NCBI RefSeq assembly: GCF_003334305.1
Contig: NZ_QOWS01000017.1
Source of the DNA: Escherichia coli
Lineage (GTDB): Bacteria; Pseudomonadota; Gammaproteobacteria; Enterobacterales; Enterobacteriaceae
Direction: 5' to 3' (one strand)
DNA: 64,000 nt
Both the position numbers and the translations under genes were made by a program. Shown piece by piece: positions 35,968-45,046 of this stretch (position 1 is the stretch's first letter; each line of letters begins with the position of its first letter). The notes beneath the pieces were generated by a model. That model saw nothing but the letters and a program-made list of their open reading frames with translations, was not told where the DNA came from and did not search any database.

Positions 35968-36310
35968 AAATCTCCAGAACGCAACAGGACGCATTCTAAC
36001 GCTGTTTTCATTACTCGGTATAGGGATTATAGGTGATGTGTGTTTAATGCGTCTGTGAGCTTGTTTTGTGCCTTATTTTGCATTTTCATAATGCAGGAGA
36101 GAACACGGAAAGCCTTAAAATTAATTATTGGGGTATTTAAGGCTATTTTTAGGTTATTTAAGGGTATTAAACTTGATTTAATTGATTGAAATATAAACAG
36201 ATAATTATGTATCTTATTGATTTATAAGGTTATTTTTAAATAAAGGTAAATAAAAAATAAATAGCCATAAATAGCTATAAATACATCTAAATACCTATAT
36301 CCCTTCCCTT

Positions 36311-36694
36311 ATGGCTAGATTGCGAGAAGTGCTTAACGCGATTTTCAGCGCCCCCCGATCTGGAAAATCCAGAATCCCCAAATATCAGCAAGGAATTTTC
36401 TTGCGTAATCAACATCGTTTTTACCTATTAAATCATTACACAGAAAGCCTTTCTGTAATGTCTCTCACTAAACTTTCACTAAACACGAGAATGATCGGTT
36501 TTATGTCGGATCAGATGCTAGAAATAGCACCACGTCTCACAAGGGCTGTAAGCGATGAAACCAGTGTTTATGCGGGTGCAGGTCAAAATATAGGCCAAAA
36601 TACATTTAACATAATAAACGTAATATGCACTAAGGAACACATAGAACGCCTTGAGTTGATGTATCAGGGGAAAAGTGGTGGATTTTTTACGTAG
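36311..36694 (+). CDS. hypothetical protein
   Basis: 127-aa ORF in an AT-rich region; no recognisable motif. Confidence 0.25.
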   Translation: MARLREVLNAIFSAPRSGKSRIPKYQQGIFLRNQHRFYLLNHYTESLSVMSLTKLSLNTRMIGFMSDQMLEIAPRLTRAVSDETSVYAGAGQNIGQNTFNIINVICTKEHIERLELMYQGKSGGFFT

Positions 36695-36720
36695 GAGCAC
36701 GAGAGGGCTTCTATTGACTT

Positions 36721-36999
36721 TTGTATGCTATGAAATATAATAGAAGGTTTTTTTATGTTGATAGTGATTGCACATTAAAGATTGAAAGCAAATTTAAACA
36801 TAAATTTTCAACACGTGAAAGAGAACTTGTTCGACAAATGATAAAACGTTTATTGAGCAACAATTTTGCAGTGATGCGCTATATGCCGAATTACACAAGG
36901 CTTTGCGAAAGTGATGTAAAAGTGAAGAAAGTAAGAATTGCAACTTTAAGCTACTTTTCATTGAATTTTTTAGTATGGAATTACACAGGAATAAGTTAG
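36721..36999 (+). CDS. hypothetical protein
   Basis: 92-aa ORF; no recognisable motif. Confidence 0.25.
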   Translation: MYAMKYNRRFFYVDSDCTLKIESKFKHKFSTRERELVRQMIKRLLSNNFAVMRYMPNYTRLCESDVKVKKVRIATLSYFSLNFLVWNYTGIS

Positions 37000-37085
37000 G
37001 GATATTCTATGATTTACACAGGGAATATAGGGGGATTATGGCACACACATAGAAAGACATTACACAAAGTGCTATGTGACAAATG

Positions 37086-37303
37086 GATGTAACGAGAGGT
37101 TACATTCAGCTATCTGAAATGCTCTCTGTAAGAAAGTTGGTAGTAACGATATGTTACATAGACTAATTATTGAATGTAACGATATTACACATCGGTAGTA
37201 ACGATACGTTACATCGACTAATTATTGAATGTAACGATATTACACATCGGTAGTAACGATACGTTACATCGACAGATGATTGGATGTAACGAAAGGTTAC
37301 ACA
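37086..37303. repeat. iteron/operator array: seven GTAACG-N4-5-GTTAC-type palindromic sites, including two perfect 57-bp tandem units
   Basis: Units ggtagtaacgata(c/t)gttacat…gaatgtaacgatattacacatc repeated head-to-tail; an AT-rich stretch follows at about 37310-37390. Confidence 0.7.
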
Positions 37304-38398
37304 ATAAGACTATATTATTTATAATACTAAATAAAACTATATTAGATTATTAATTAGATCATAATAATATTCTTTATATCTATATATATGATCTTTTGCC
37401 TTCCGGCGTTAGCTTCACTCCCTGGCAAGCAGCCTTACTCCGCTACCTTTCGGGCTACGTTGGCTGGCCCGTTCCGCTCACACCGAAAGCAAAGCGTTAC
37501 TTTCTTCGTGTAACTATCGTGGCGGTAACGCCCACGAAGAAATACTATTGCGCTGTGCGCAGAAGAGTAATCACCTAACCAATCATAGATTGCTTATGTG
37601 TTAACTCTCTCTACCTCTTAATTCCACTTCCTACATTTAATAACTCTGTTATTCTCTGTAGTTGTGTAATTACTCGAAGAGAGAGCGGCTAAAGCTCAAT
37701 TACACTCTGCTTTCCTCGTGTAAGTTCACTAAGCCTCAATACAATTTCACTTCCTACATTCTGTAGTCGTGTAATTGTTTTCGGTGGAAAAGCCAGAGGC
37801 GACACCGAAAGAGAATTCTGATCTTATTAATCTTATCTATCTTAGTTAATCTTCTTACTTTATCTACTTTATTATTAATAATAGCTTTATAAGCTCTGTG
37901 TAGCTCTCTGACGCAAGAAACAGCATTCAGGAAGGGAATCACCTTAGAAAAGGTGTTCTTTGCGTCATAATGTGTTTTATGAAGGATTCAGAGGTGTTTC
38001 ATAACAGGAATGTATAGAGGATATTTTAATTAATTAAAAATAAGGGGTCTAAATGCTTCTCTAACAACATTAAGCAGGGTAGGGAATGGAAACGCATTGC
38101 CTACATATAATAAGCTCACTACAGGGCTTTACAGAGCGTTTTATAAAGTGACTCTCTGTTTTATATTTACCATTACCTTTTCATATACCTAACAAATACA
38201 AAATAAGCCCCTTCAATAAGCCTCTGGCGAGCGAAACAGCCATTAGATAAGGGAATGTATTGCTTTTATCAAAATCTCGTCAGAATGCGATTGAGAGTGT
38301 TTTAGCGGATAATGAAGAATAGCACTACATAGAAGAGCACGAATTGTTAAGCAAAATCATAACATACTGAAAAAGATCAGTTTTTTTGTGAAAAGGTA

Positions 38399-38427
38399 TT
38401 GACAAACGTCTCTTTCTGTGCAATAAT
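38399..38427 (+). promoter_or_regulatory. sigma70-like promoter (TTGACA, 17-bp spacer, TGcAATAAT extended -10)
   Basis: Read directly from sequence; about 130 nt upstream of the 38555 ORF. Confidence 0.5.
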
Positions 38428-38554
38428 AGGTATTAGAGGGGACAGGAATAGATTCTTATCCTCTAAATAATTAAACCAATGCACCGCACTTTGAAGCCCA
38501 AGAGGCTTGCAAGGTGTTTTTTCTTTTAACCAAATCGAATAAGGAGGCTAATTA

Positions 38555-38731
38555 ATGAAATATTTCACTCCACAGGATGTAGTAGAAGCCTGGAAACGTG
38601 GTGAGATCAACCGCTTTAAAGTAAGGATGTATAGAAACACCGCTCGCCGTTGTGGTTATCCAGAGCGTGAAAAATGTTTTGACGATGCACTGAAAATTAT
38701 TGATGAACTGCGTAAAGCTGAGAAAGAATAA
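38555..38731 (+). CDS. small hypothetical protein (58 aa)
   Basis: ATG with a strong aaggagg RBS; first gene after the promoter. Confidence 0.45.
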   Translation: MKYFTPQDVVEAWKRGEINRFKVRMYRNTARRCGYPEREKCFDDALKIIDELRKAEKE

Positions 38732-38753
38732 TAGACAAGAGAAGGAGAAAACT

Positions 38754-38921
38754 ATGAGCGAAACTAAGAAACCAATTCCGCGCACTTACCTTCACGTTGA
38801 CCCTGAAATCTTCAAGGTTTTATTTGCTGAAGCCAAGAAAAGGCAAATTATGGTCAGTGATTTGATGTTAGAAATCATTACTGAAGCAGCAGAGAACATC
38901 AAACAAAAAAAGGGTAAGTGA
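38754..38921 (+). CDS. ribbon-helix-helix (CopG/Arc-like) DNA-binding protein
   Basis: 55 aa; …RTYLHVDPEIFKVLFAEAKKRQIMVSDLMLEII… fits a beta-strand then two helices (RHH). Confidence 0.5.
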   Translation: MSETKKPIPRTYLHVDPEIFKVLFAEAKKRQIMVSDLMLEIITEAAENIKQKKGK

Positions 38922-38974
38922 TCCTCATTCACTTTAGTAGCGCATTAAGCGTGATTTATAAGGAGATGATTCTA

Positions 38975-39718
38975 ATGTCTAAAATTAAATTGATTCGTGA
39001 AAAATACCAGTATGTTGATAAACAAACAGGAGAAATTAAAGACCGAACTTTGAATATACCGCATTACTTTTGTGAGATTGAATTTATCTACTCCTCAAGT
39101 GTTGATGGTGGAAAAGTTAAGTTTAGTGCAGAAATGCAAAAATTATATTGCTATGTTTCAGATTGGGAGAAATCAGGGGGGATATGTTTTGAAACACAAA
39201 CGAAGTTAAGTAAAGTTTGTGGCTGTAGCCGTAAGACAGTTAATGAACTGATTGGTCTTATGATTAAAATCGGTCTTTTAGAAGAGGTCGGAGAACGAAT
39301 TCCAAAACGTCCTTTAAAATTACGTGCGCTACCTCTCACAGATGCACATATTACTCCCCCAGGAGAATCATCACTCTCTGATCTTTCTGAGGCAGAAGAA
39401 GCACAGGAACAACCTAAAGGCCATAAACAGCCTTCTTTTGATGTTCTTGATGATTGGGATGCGCCTTTACCGTGGGAGACGGAAGAAACACCTGTTTCAT
39501 CAAGTGAAAAGGTAGCTAATGATAATGAGGAGGATGTATTAGAGAATTTTGCCTCTCTTATCATCCAGGAGAAACACACAAGAACAGGAGGAGCATCATT
39601 TATTGAGTTTGCAAATTCACTAGCTTATAGATACGGGCTAAAACGACCAAATGGTATTGAGGCATATTTTTCTAAGAATTACCCAAATGTATATGATGAA
39701 TTTGATATTCCCTTTTAA
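38975..39718 (+). CDS. helix-turn-helix protein with acidic C-terminal half (candidate replication initiator or regulator)
   Basis: ORF 38918-39718; start placed at the ATG after an aaggag RBS; winged-helix-like segment …TQTKLSKVCGCSRKTVNELIGLMIKIGLLEE…. Confidence 0.5.
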   Translation: MSKIKLIREKYQYVDKQTGEIKDRTLNIPHYFCEIEFIYSSSVDGGKVKFSAEMQKLYCYVSDWEKSGGICFETQTKLSKVCGCSRKTVNELIGLMIKIGLLEEVGERIPKRPLKLRALPLTDAHITPPGESSLSDLSEAEEAQEQPKGHKQPSFDVLDDWDAPLPWETEETPVSSSEKVANDNEEDVLENFASLIIQEKHTRTGGASFIEFANSLAYRYGLKRPNGIEAYFSKNYPNVYDEFDIPF

Positions 39719-40141
39719 TAAGGAGGACTATGATTCAATATTTAGTAAAAAAATCAAGTAGACAGAATTCAGTGTAATGACACAGGAAAACGCATCTACG
39801 AAACACTTGCTTACCTCTATAAAGGAAAGCCAACACCGCTAAAATATAGCGATGTGTTACATCGAGCAGGGTGCTCTGAAGCTGGTTTAAAATTCTGGCT
39901 GAAACAGCTATCAAATTTCGGTGTTATTGAAATGAAAGAGCTGTCTTTTTCTACATTCAATCTCAAAAGATTAGATAAAGAAATAGAATTCATCTATTCC
40001 ACTCTCTAAAATCTCTCTATGTAATTAAAATATAAAAGGAAAACATTATTATGATAGTAGCTATGTATTGGTTATTGTTCTTTCTCACGTTAGAAGCATA
40101 CTTTGGGGTGTTTTCCTTTAAAAGAAAAGGAAAAGTAAATA

Positions 40142-40558
40142 ATGGCAAAAAGAAAAAACAACGTTGTTAAGAAAATCGGTGATTCAGCTTCTCTTCTAAG
40201 TAAACCTAAACCTAAATCTATTCTAAGACGTAAAGACTTTAAAGAGCTAGTTACGCTCACCAAGCAAAATAGCGCCCCTGGCGAATGGAAAACAGAGATC
40301 ATAGAACATTCTCCCTCTGTGCCTTGTGGAGATGAATTTAACGCCTTGCAAGAAATCTTATCTTCAACACCTGGCGTATTCTGGAAACCTAGAAAAAGAA
40401 AAGAGTATATCGTTGATAGCTCTGATTTACGCAAATACCAGATTTTAGGATTTGAAGATTATAACCACTACGTCGGTTATCTCGCCACCAATGGCCTAAA
40501 TAATTTAGTTCCTGAATTCCAAATTTTAGATAATGCTGATCACTATGGAGACTTTTAA
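40142..40558 (+). CDS. hypothetical protein with basic N-terminus
   Basis: 138-aa ORF. Confidence 0.45.
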   Translation: MAKRKNNVVKKIGDSASLLSKPKPKSILRRKDFKELVTLTKQNSAPGEWKTEIIEHSPSVPCGDEFNALQEILSSTPGVFWKPRKRKEYIVDSSDLRKYQILGFEDYNHYVGYLATNGLNNLVPEFQILDNADHYGDF

Positions 40559-40559
40559 T

Positions 40560-40898
40560 ATGAACAAAAACACGTATGACACAATTTATTCACTAATTAA
40601 TTATTATGAGGATGATTACCTCCTGCCTTTAAACCGCGCTGAACTTGAAGCATACAAAGAAAACACGCCAGGGGCGCTAAATGAGGCGTTTAAACACTGG
40701 GATTTAGCTGTGAATGCCTTTGAGCACCTTTCTAAAAGAGTAGAGATGCTCTGTAAGCGTGAAAACGCATACCTGACAGCCGATCAGATATGGGAGCTAT
40801 CAAACTGGATAGAAGATATTGAATCTGATGTTCGCTATGTAGGGGATGGCCTGGTTGAATTAGCTCAACGCTTAGGCGCTACTATCACAGAAGAATAA
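40560..40898 (+). CDS. hypothetical protein
   Basis: 112 aa from an ATG overlapping the upstream stop (taATG). Confidence 0.45.
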   Translation: MNKNTYDTIYSLINYYEDDYLLPLNRAELEAYKENTPGALNEAFKHWDLAVNAFEHLSKRVEMLCKRENAYLTADQIWELSNWIEDIESDVRYVGDGLVELAQRLGATITEE

Positions 40899-40927
40899 AA
40901 AAAGCAACAAAAAAGTTGTAAAATATC

Positions 40928-40959
40928 TTGACATTCCATCTATTGTATGTTAATATAAT
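40928..40959 (+). promoter_or_regulatory. strong sigma70-like promoter (TTGACA, 17-bp spacer, TAATAT)
   Basis: Read directly from sequence; followed by about 290 nt of structured leader before the 41248 ORF. Confidence 0.5.
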
Positions 40960-41247
40960 TATATAGGGGTGATTATTTTTCCTTTATTGGTTCGATATTA
41001 AAAATTCTTCCTGTCATTAAAGGGGAGTAAAATCTCCGCTCCCCGCTTCTCCTCCTTAAGTAAATACTGTGTCATTATACCTCTTTTTTCCTTTGTTATG
41101 CATACATCTTGGAGTATGCATAACATAGGGTAATTACATAGGTATGAGTTAATAAAAGGCGGCTCTAAATGCTGCCTTTTATTTTGCCCGTTATGCAACT
41201 TAAAAGTTGTATTTCTTACTTTAAAAAAGGTAACAAGGTTTATATAA

Positions 41248-41460
41248 ATGTTGTTTTTAAACGATAAAGAGCAAATCATCAAGTATAAAGATGAAATGCT
41301 GAAAATTAATCCACAAATTACCGAAATGGTAGCTAAATACGCTGGGTGTTCTGTCGAGGAAGTAGAAAGATGTGTTGAAAAATATTTTTCTCCTTCTACT
41401 CCGTCTACACCTTCCCTTAATGAATTAATCAAATTAAAAGCTAAGGAGATTACTAAATGA
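41248..41460 (+). CDS. hypothetical small protein
   Basis: 70-aa ORF; stop overlaps the next start. Confidence 0.4.
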   Translation: MLFLNDKEQIIKYKDEMLKINPQITEMVAKYAGCSVEEVERCVEKYFSPSTPSTPSLNELIKLKAKEITK

Positions 41461-41819
41461 TTATTGATTTAGACACTCTGTTTCCAGTTAGAAAGACTTT
41501 CACAGATATTGTAAGTTATTGTACTGATCCGTTTGCCTCTGTAGAAAGCAAGGTTTTTGCTTCTCTTCCTGCTGATGTTGAGTGCGGCGACTTGATCACC
41601 AGTACTGGCGCTAAATATGAATCAGGAGATGATATCTATGTTGTTATGAGTGAATTTGTAACGGCTGGAGAAAACAAGCCTGTAGATGTGCTACGTAGTA
41701 ATGCTGGTCTTGTCTGCATCAAAGCTGATGCGCTGAATGCTGTAAGTGAAGCAGCAAAAACAGCATTAATTAAAAAAGGCTTCCAGCTTGAAGGGTTCCA
41801 TTCTGTTTTCACTTCTTAA
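41457..41819 (+). CDS. hypothetical protein upstream of the capsid-like gene (possible decoration or scaffold-like)
   Basis: 120-aa ORF, translationally coupled; functional guess from position only. Confidence 0.45.
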   Translation: MIIDLDTLFPVRKTFTDIVSYCTDPFASVESKVFASLPADVECGDLITSTGAKYESGDDIYVVMSEFVTAGENKPVDVLRSNAGLVCIKADALNAVSEAAKTALIKKGFQLEGFHSVFTS

Positions 41820-41837
41820 TAAAAGGAATAATAATAA

Positions 41838-42869
41838 ATGATTCTAGGTAATGATTACGTTGATTTAGCTCCGCTTTTCCAGGCACACAGCACTAGAAAC
41901 TTTCTGCTCTCTACCCTCGACTTCACTGATCCGGTGGGCGTTAGTTCTCATAAAGTAGCTGTTTCTCAGCTTGTCGAAAGCAACGAATCTCTGTTCAACA
42001 AAGAAACCTCTCGTTTCTCTTCTGAACACAATGTTACTAAGCGTGAACAAGGTAAAGAATGGCTGATTGAAATCCCGTATTTTCTTCGTGAAGATGTGAT
42101 CCGTCCTTCTGATGTTCAAGGCAAGCGTAAGCCTGGCACTGATTTTCAGGAAACACTCACTGATATCTATGCGGAATATATCGCTAAACACCACGTAGCG
42201 TATCAGCGTACAAAAGAGAGCGTGTTGGCTGCATCTCTGTTTAGCGGTAAAACTTACACGCCTAAAACTGATGATGTTCTTATCGAGTGGGGCAAGCTGT
42301 TTAACGTGGCACCTATGAAAGCCACCTTGAACGCTTCCAGCACTGACACAATGACCGTTTTCAAGCAATTTGACCAGCTTGCTACGGATATGATTGCTAA
42401 GGCACAAAACCAGGCTGCAACCATTGAGCGTGTTGTTGTGTTCTGTAAACCTGCGGCATTCAACGCTATTCGTTACAGTGTTGGTATGGTCAATGCTTTC
42501 CAATATGCAAGCCCTGTAGACGATGCCAACGTGGTGTTTAATGTGCGTTCCCTGCTACCAGGTGTAACTACTTTCACCATTCCAGGAACTAACATTGACC
42601 TGATCAAAGTGACTGATCCGCTACACCTTGCACATATGGCTTCTGATGCGGTTGCTGTGCCTAAATTCGCTAAGGGGGCAGGTGTTTACCAATCTATCTA
42701 TGGGGCAGCTTCCAGCACCTTTGAACTGATCAATGCCGCTCCTGCTGAGGTGTATAGCTATAGCTATGAATCTTCTTCTCGTGGTGATGCTGTTAACGTT
42801 GTTACAGAGAATAGCCAGATGGTGGTAAACCACGGCGTTGGTTTCTCCGTTCAAATCACTGTTAAATAA
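41838..42869 (+). CDS. phage major capsid protein candidate (lambda gpE-like family)
   Basis: 343-aa ORF (lambda E is about 341 aa); several segments, including the C-terminal …GFSVQITVK, resemble my recollection of lambda E; not verified by search. Confidence 0.5.
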   Translation: MILGNDYVDLAPLFQAHSTRNFLLSTLDFTDPVGVSSHKVAVSQLVESNESLFNKETSRFSSEHNVTKREQGKEWLIEIPYFLREDVIRPSDVQGKRKPGTDFQETLTDIYAEYIAKHHVAYQRTKESVLAASLFSGKTYTPKTDDVLIEWGKLFNVAPMKATLNASSTDTMTVFKQFDQLATDMIAKAQNQAATIERVVVFCKPAAFNAIRYSVGMVNAFQYASPVDDANVVFNVRSLLPGVTTFTIPGTNIDLIKVTDPLHLAHMASDAVAVPKFAKGAGVYQSIYGAASSTFELINAAPAEVYSYSYESSSRGDAVNVVTENSQMVVNHGVGFSVQITVK

Positions 42870-42955
42870 TATTTTAACGTGTAATAGAGGCGTGGCGTGA
42901 ATAACACGCTTCGCCTTTTTTTATTTATTTTTAAATTTTGAGAGGTGATTAAAAT

Positions 42956-43159
42956 ATGGAAGTGATTCTGAAATCAAAAAATGGTGTACACGTTTATTTA
43001 GATGCTAATGATTCAAGAGGCTTGTTAAATCTGAAATATCTATGTTCTCTCTTGGATGTTCCATATGAAGGCGTAAAAGCCCGAATGTTCAGATTAAACG
43101 AGAGTATTGATCAAGCTCTACACCATTTCTTAAGCAAAGAAGGTGGTAAAAATGATTAA
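42956..43159 (+). CDS. hypothetical small protein
   Basis: 67-aa ORF. Confidence 0.35.
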   Translation: MEVILKSKNGVHVYLDANDSRGLLNLKYLCSLLDVPYEGVKARMFRLNESIDQALHHFLSKEGGKND

Positions 43160-43173
43160 TAAGGGGATTTTAA

Positions 43174-45012
43174 ATGTTAGAAATTAACACTTCTAAAATT
43201 AAGAACACAGTAACATTTAGTGTAGATAAAGACAGCTTGAAAAAAGCGAAAGACTCTATTACAGGCTTAAAGGAATTCACAGAAAACATCAAGCCAGCTA
43301 AATTAAGGTTTGATAGTGTCACTAAAGGCTATAAGAAAGCACAAAGCGAAGTAGACAAGATTGCTCAACAGAAAGCTAAAACAGAAAAGCAGAATCAAAG
43401 AGCACAAGCTGCCGCAGCAAGAGCACAGGCAAGGCAACAGACACAAATAGCAGCACGTAAAGAGAAAGCAGAATTAAAGCTCCTCGATGTGTCAAGCTCT
43501 ATCAGTGCAATGCACCGCCTCTCTGTAGCGGAACAATACAAAGCTATTGCACAGGCTAGAGAGATAGCAAAACAATATGAGCAAGGGGCTATCTCGCTTG
43601 CACGTATGAATAGTCAGATGAAACGCCTACAACAGCAACAACGTAAGATTAATGGCAACAGAAAAGCTCAATTAGCCCCCGTTAAGGGAGGAGGATCAGG
43701 GAATTCCGCCACGATGGGTGCTCTGTTATTTGGAGGCGCTACAGCGGCTGCTGGCGTGATGGCTGTTAGTAAAGCGTCGGAGTTTGTTAGTAACAGTTTC
43801 GCTAACGCAGAGACACAAGGTGAGCTAATTCAACGTGCAAGGCTTGGCGGTGTAGACGTTAACCAGATGTACAACATTACAGAATGGGCCTATAGAAACG
43901 GCGTTGACTCTATGATGGGTGATCAAGGGGCTAGGAAATACCTGGATCAGATGAAAGATGTTAGGGAACGTGCCGCAAAATCCTATAGTGAAGCTGAATA
44001 TGTAGTCGATAAAAAAACTGGTAAAGGCGGCGAATGGAAAGGCGGTGATAACGCTATTAATGAACTTCTAAACATCGGTGTTATTAACAAGAGCGACCTT
44101 AAAAAATTTGCTGATAATCCAGCCGGATTAATTTCTAAGGCTGTTAATGGAATGATGAAAAAAGGGTTTTCAGACTCCCAAATTGGACAACGTTTAGAAG
44201 ACCTGGGTGATGATTTGATGCTTACATCAAAATATTGGCAACGTTCCGTTAAAGATGTACAAACAAGCATCGAGCAGCAAAAAGCCTCTGGAAAATGGCT
44301 AACAGAAACACAGCAAGATTCTATTGTTAAATTCAGAGAACTAAACAGACAGCTTTCACAGCTTTCTGATGCAAGACAAGTAGCATTTGTAGACGGCTTT
44401 ATGAAATCTCTCGATCCAAAAGTAACGGAAGAGTTTATGAAAAACCTTTCTAATCTCACTCCGTATTTTACAAAGCTGGGAGAAGCTACAGGAAGTCTCT
44501 TTGAAGCTATTATGAAGATTGTAAACTGGTTTAATCGTAATGATGATAAGACAGATGCTATTCAGAAAAATTTAGGTGATGCACCGCCATTAAGCAATGA
44601 AGGAATGAAACAGAATCTTTCTAATCTCGTTCCTGATCAATATAAAGGCGCTGGCACCGGAACAACTAAGCCAGATAACAGCAATTCCCTGTTTAACACT
44701 ATTAAGGGATTGCTTTTCGATGATAAGTCTTCTTCTGTGTCAGATGTAAAAATGTCAGTCAGCGAAGCACCGATAACCAATCTCAAACAGGGCGCTTTAA
44801 ATAATCTTGCAATGACAACTCCGGCTTATAATTTATCTCCTGTGTTTAATCTGAATCCTACATTTGAAGTGGTAACAGAGGTTCCTCTTACTATTAATTC
44901 TGACACATCAAGATTAAGCGATTATGTGGATTTTACAGCGAGATCAAGTCGGGATAGCTTCTTGAAATCATTAACATTAACCAGCTTATCAGGACAATCT
45001 AACGGCGGGTAA
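43174..45012 (+). CDS. large coiled-coil protein with a Gly/Ala-rich hydrophobic segment (tape-measure-, pilot- or ejection-like)
   Basis: 612 aa; K/Q/A-rich predicted coiled coil in the N-terminal 170 aa; GGGSGNSATMGALLFGGATAAAGVMAV segment. Confidence 0.55.
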   Translation: MLEINTSKIKNTVTFSVDKDSLKKAKDSITGLKEFTENIKPAKLRFDSVTKGYKKAQSEVDKIAQQKAKTEKQNQRAQAAAARAQARQQTQIAARKEKAELKLLDVSSSISAMHRLSVAEQYKAIAQAREIAKQYEQGAISLARMNSQMKRLQQQQRKINGNRKAQLAPVKGGGSGNSATMGALLFGGATAAAGVMAVSKASEFVSNSFANAETQGELIQRARLGGVDVNQMYNITEWAYRNGVDSMMGDQGARKYLDQMKDVRERAAKSYSEAEYVVDKKTGKGGEWKGGDNAINELLNIGVINKSDLKKFADNPAGLISKAVNGMMKKGFSDSQIGQRLEDLGDDLMLTSKYWQRSVKDVQTSIEQQKASGKWLTETQQDSIVKFRELNRQLSQLSDARQVAFVDGFMKSLDPKVTEEFMKNLSNLTPYFTKLGEATGSLFEAIMKIVNWFNRNDDKTDAIQKNLGDAPPLSNEGMKQNLSNLVPDQYKGAGTGTTKPDNSNSLFNTIKGLLFDDKSSSVSDVKMSVSEAPITNLKQGALNNLAMTTPAYNLSPVFNLNPTFEVVTEVPLTINSDTSRLSDYVDFTARSSRDSFLKSLTLTSLSGQSNGG

Positions 45013-45046
45013 TTCCCGCCATAACATTACAAGGAAAATTATTATT

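Noticed and set aside
37086-37303. Tandem repeats considered as a possible CRISPR array
   Set aside because: Only about 2.5 units, the units are contiguous 57-bp repeats with internal palindromes and no unique spacers, and there are no cas genes; better explained as iterons or an operator array.
37396-37578. 60-aa ORF in element 2
   Set aside because: Non-ATG start, no RBS, and it coincides with a GC-rich segment with strong hairpins; more likely non-coding.
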